Part shown: piece after piece, positions 63,601 through 64,000 of the stretch
Layout: each line of letters starts with the position of its first letter
How positions within the stretch are numbered: the stretch's first letter is position 1
Source: Octopus sinensis
Lineage: Eukaryota
Direction: 5' to 3'
NCBI RefSeq assembly: GCF_006345805.1
Contig: NC_043018.1
Location: 11,160,001-11,224,000, forward strand
Length of the DNA: 64,000 bases
The notes under the pieces: generated by a model
Seen by the model: the letters and a program-made list of their open reading frames with translations, nothing else
What the model was told of the DNA's origin: nothing
The model's database searches: none
Program-made: the position numbers and the translations under genes

Positions 63601-64000
63601 GTTTTCCCAACGAAGCAAGGCCTTGTTGTGTGTGTGTGTAAGAAAAAACCCCACCTAAAACATCTTTTGTGTTCATATTAATCTATCAAATGTAATGTTT
63701 ATTTGATGTTTTGAATATTCAGGTTCAAGAGGGGTGTCTGCTATATTTGCTTGTAACTTTGTAAATTTTTTACATACAGATTTGAAATTTTGTCAGTGGG
63801 TGCTTTATATACCATTGGTTTATTGTTATGTAATTTTAGCTGATCTTGCTGAGTAAGTTTGACTTTTATGGGCAGGTAAATTTAATAAACAGGTGTAAAA
63901 GCAGCAACATTATGGAAAAGCACTAAAATTGAAATTCTTTTAATCCCTAGGTCAGTCGTGACAGCAGATGTCCCAGCCATATCTATATCATTTTCTTTTT

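Overview
Eukaryotic, AT-rich, repeat-dense genomic DNA. It is almost certainly a coleoid cephalopod (Octopus-like), inferred from its SINE/LINE families and giant (TA)n tracts. Two protein-coding genes can be supported. (1) A complete 7-exon ACBD6 (acyl-CoA-binding domain plus ankyrin repeats, 255 aa) on the minus strand, 24761 to 169; it is largely invisible in the ORF track and was assembled by hand with canonical GT-AG splice sites and consistent phases. (2) An intronless 86-aa CEBPZOS-like microprotein at 30193-30453 (+). Candidate divergent first exons around a CpG-rich block at about 45.1-45.9 kb suggest further genes that I could not identify. The rest is transposon debris: three CR1-group LINE subfamilies, RTE LINEs and their 3' UTR fragments, Dong/R4-like and CRE-like RLE retroelements, mariner/Tc1 relics, piggyBac-type MITEs, several tRNA-derived SINE families, microsatellites, a 27-copy 26-bp minisatellite and one 100-N gap. 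Most notable signals: a covarying 3' stem-loop shared by a SINE and the CR1-group LINEs; apparent insertion of those LINEs into (TA)n tracts; a minimal hammerhead-like motif; a 79-bp locally templated insertion; a higher-order minisatellite; a 34-bp G-U-wobble hairpin; and a CpG-decay landscape that hints at hidden gene bodies. Repeat boundaries are approximate and all family names come from motif recognition, not database searches.
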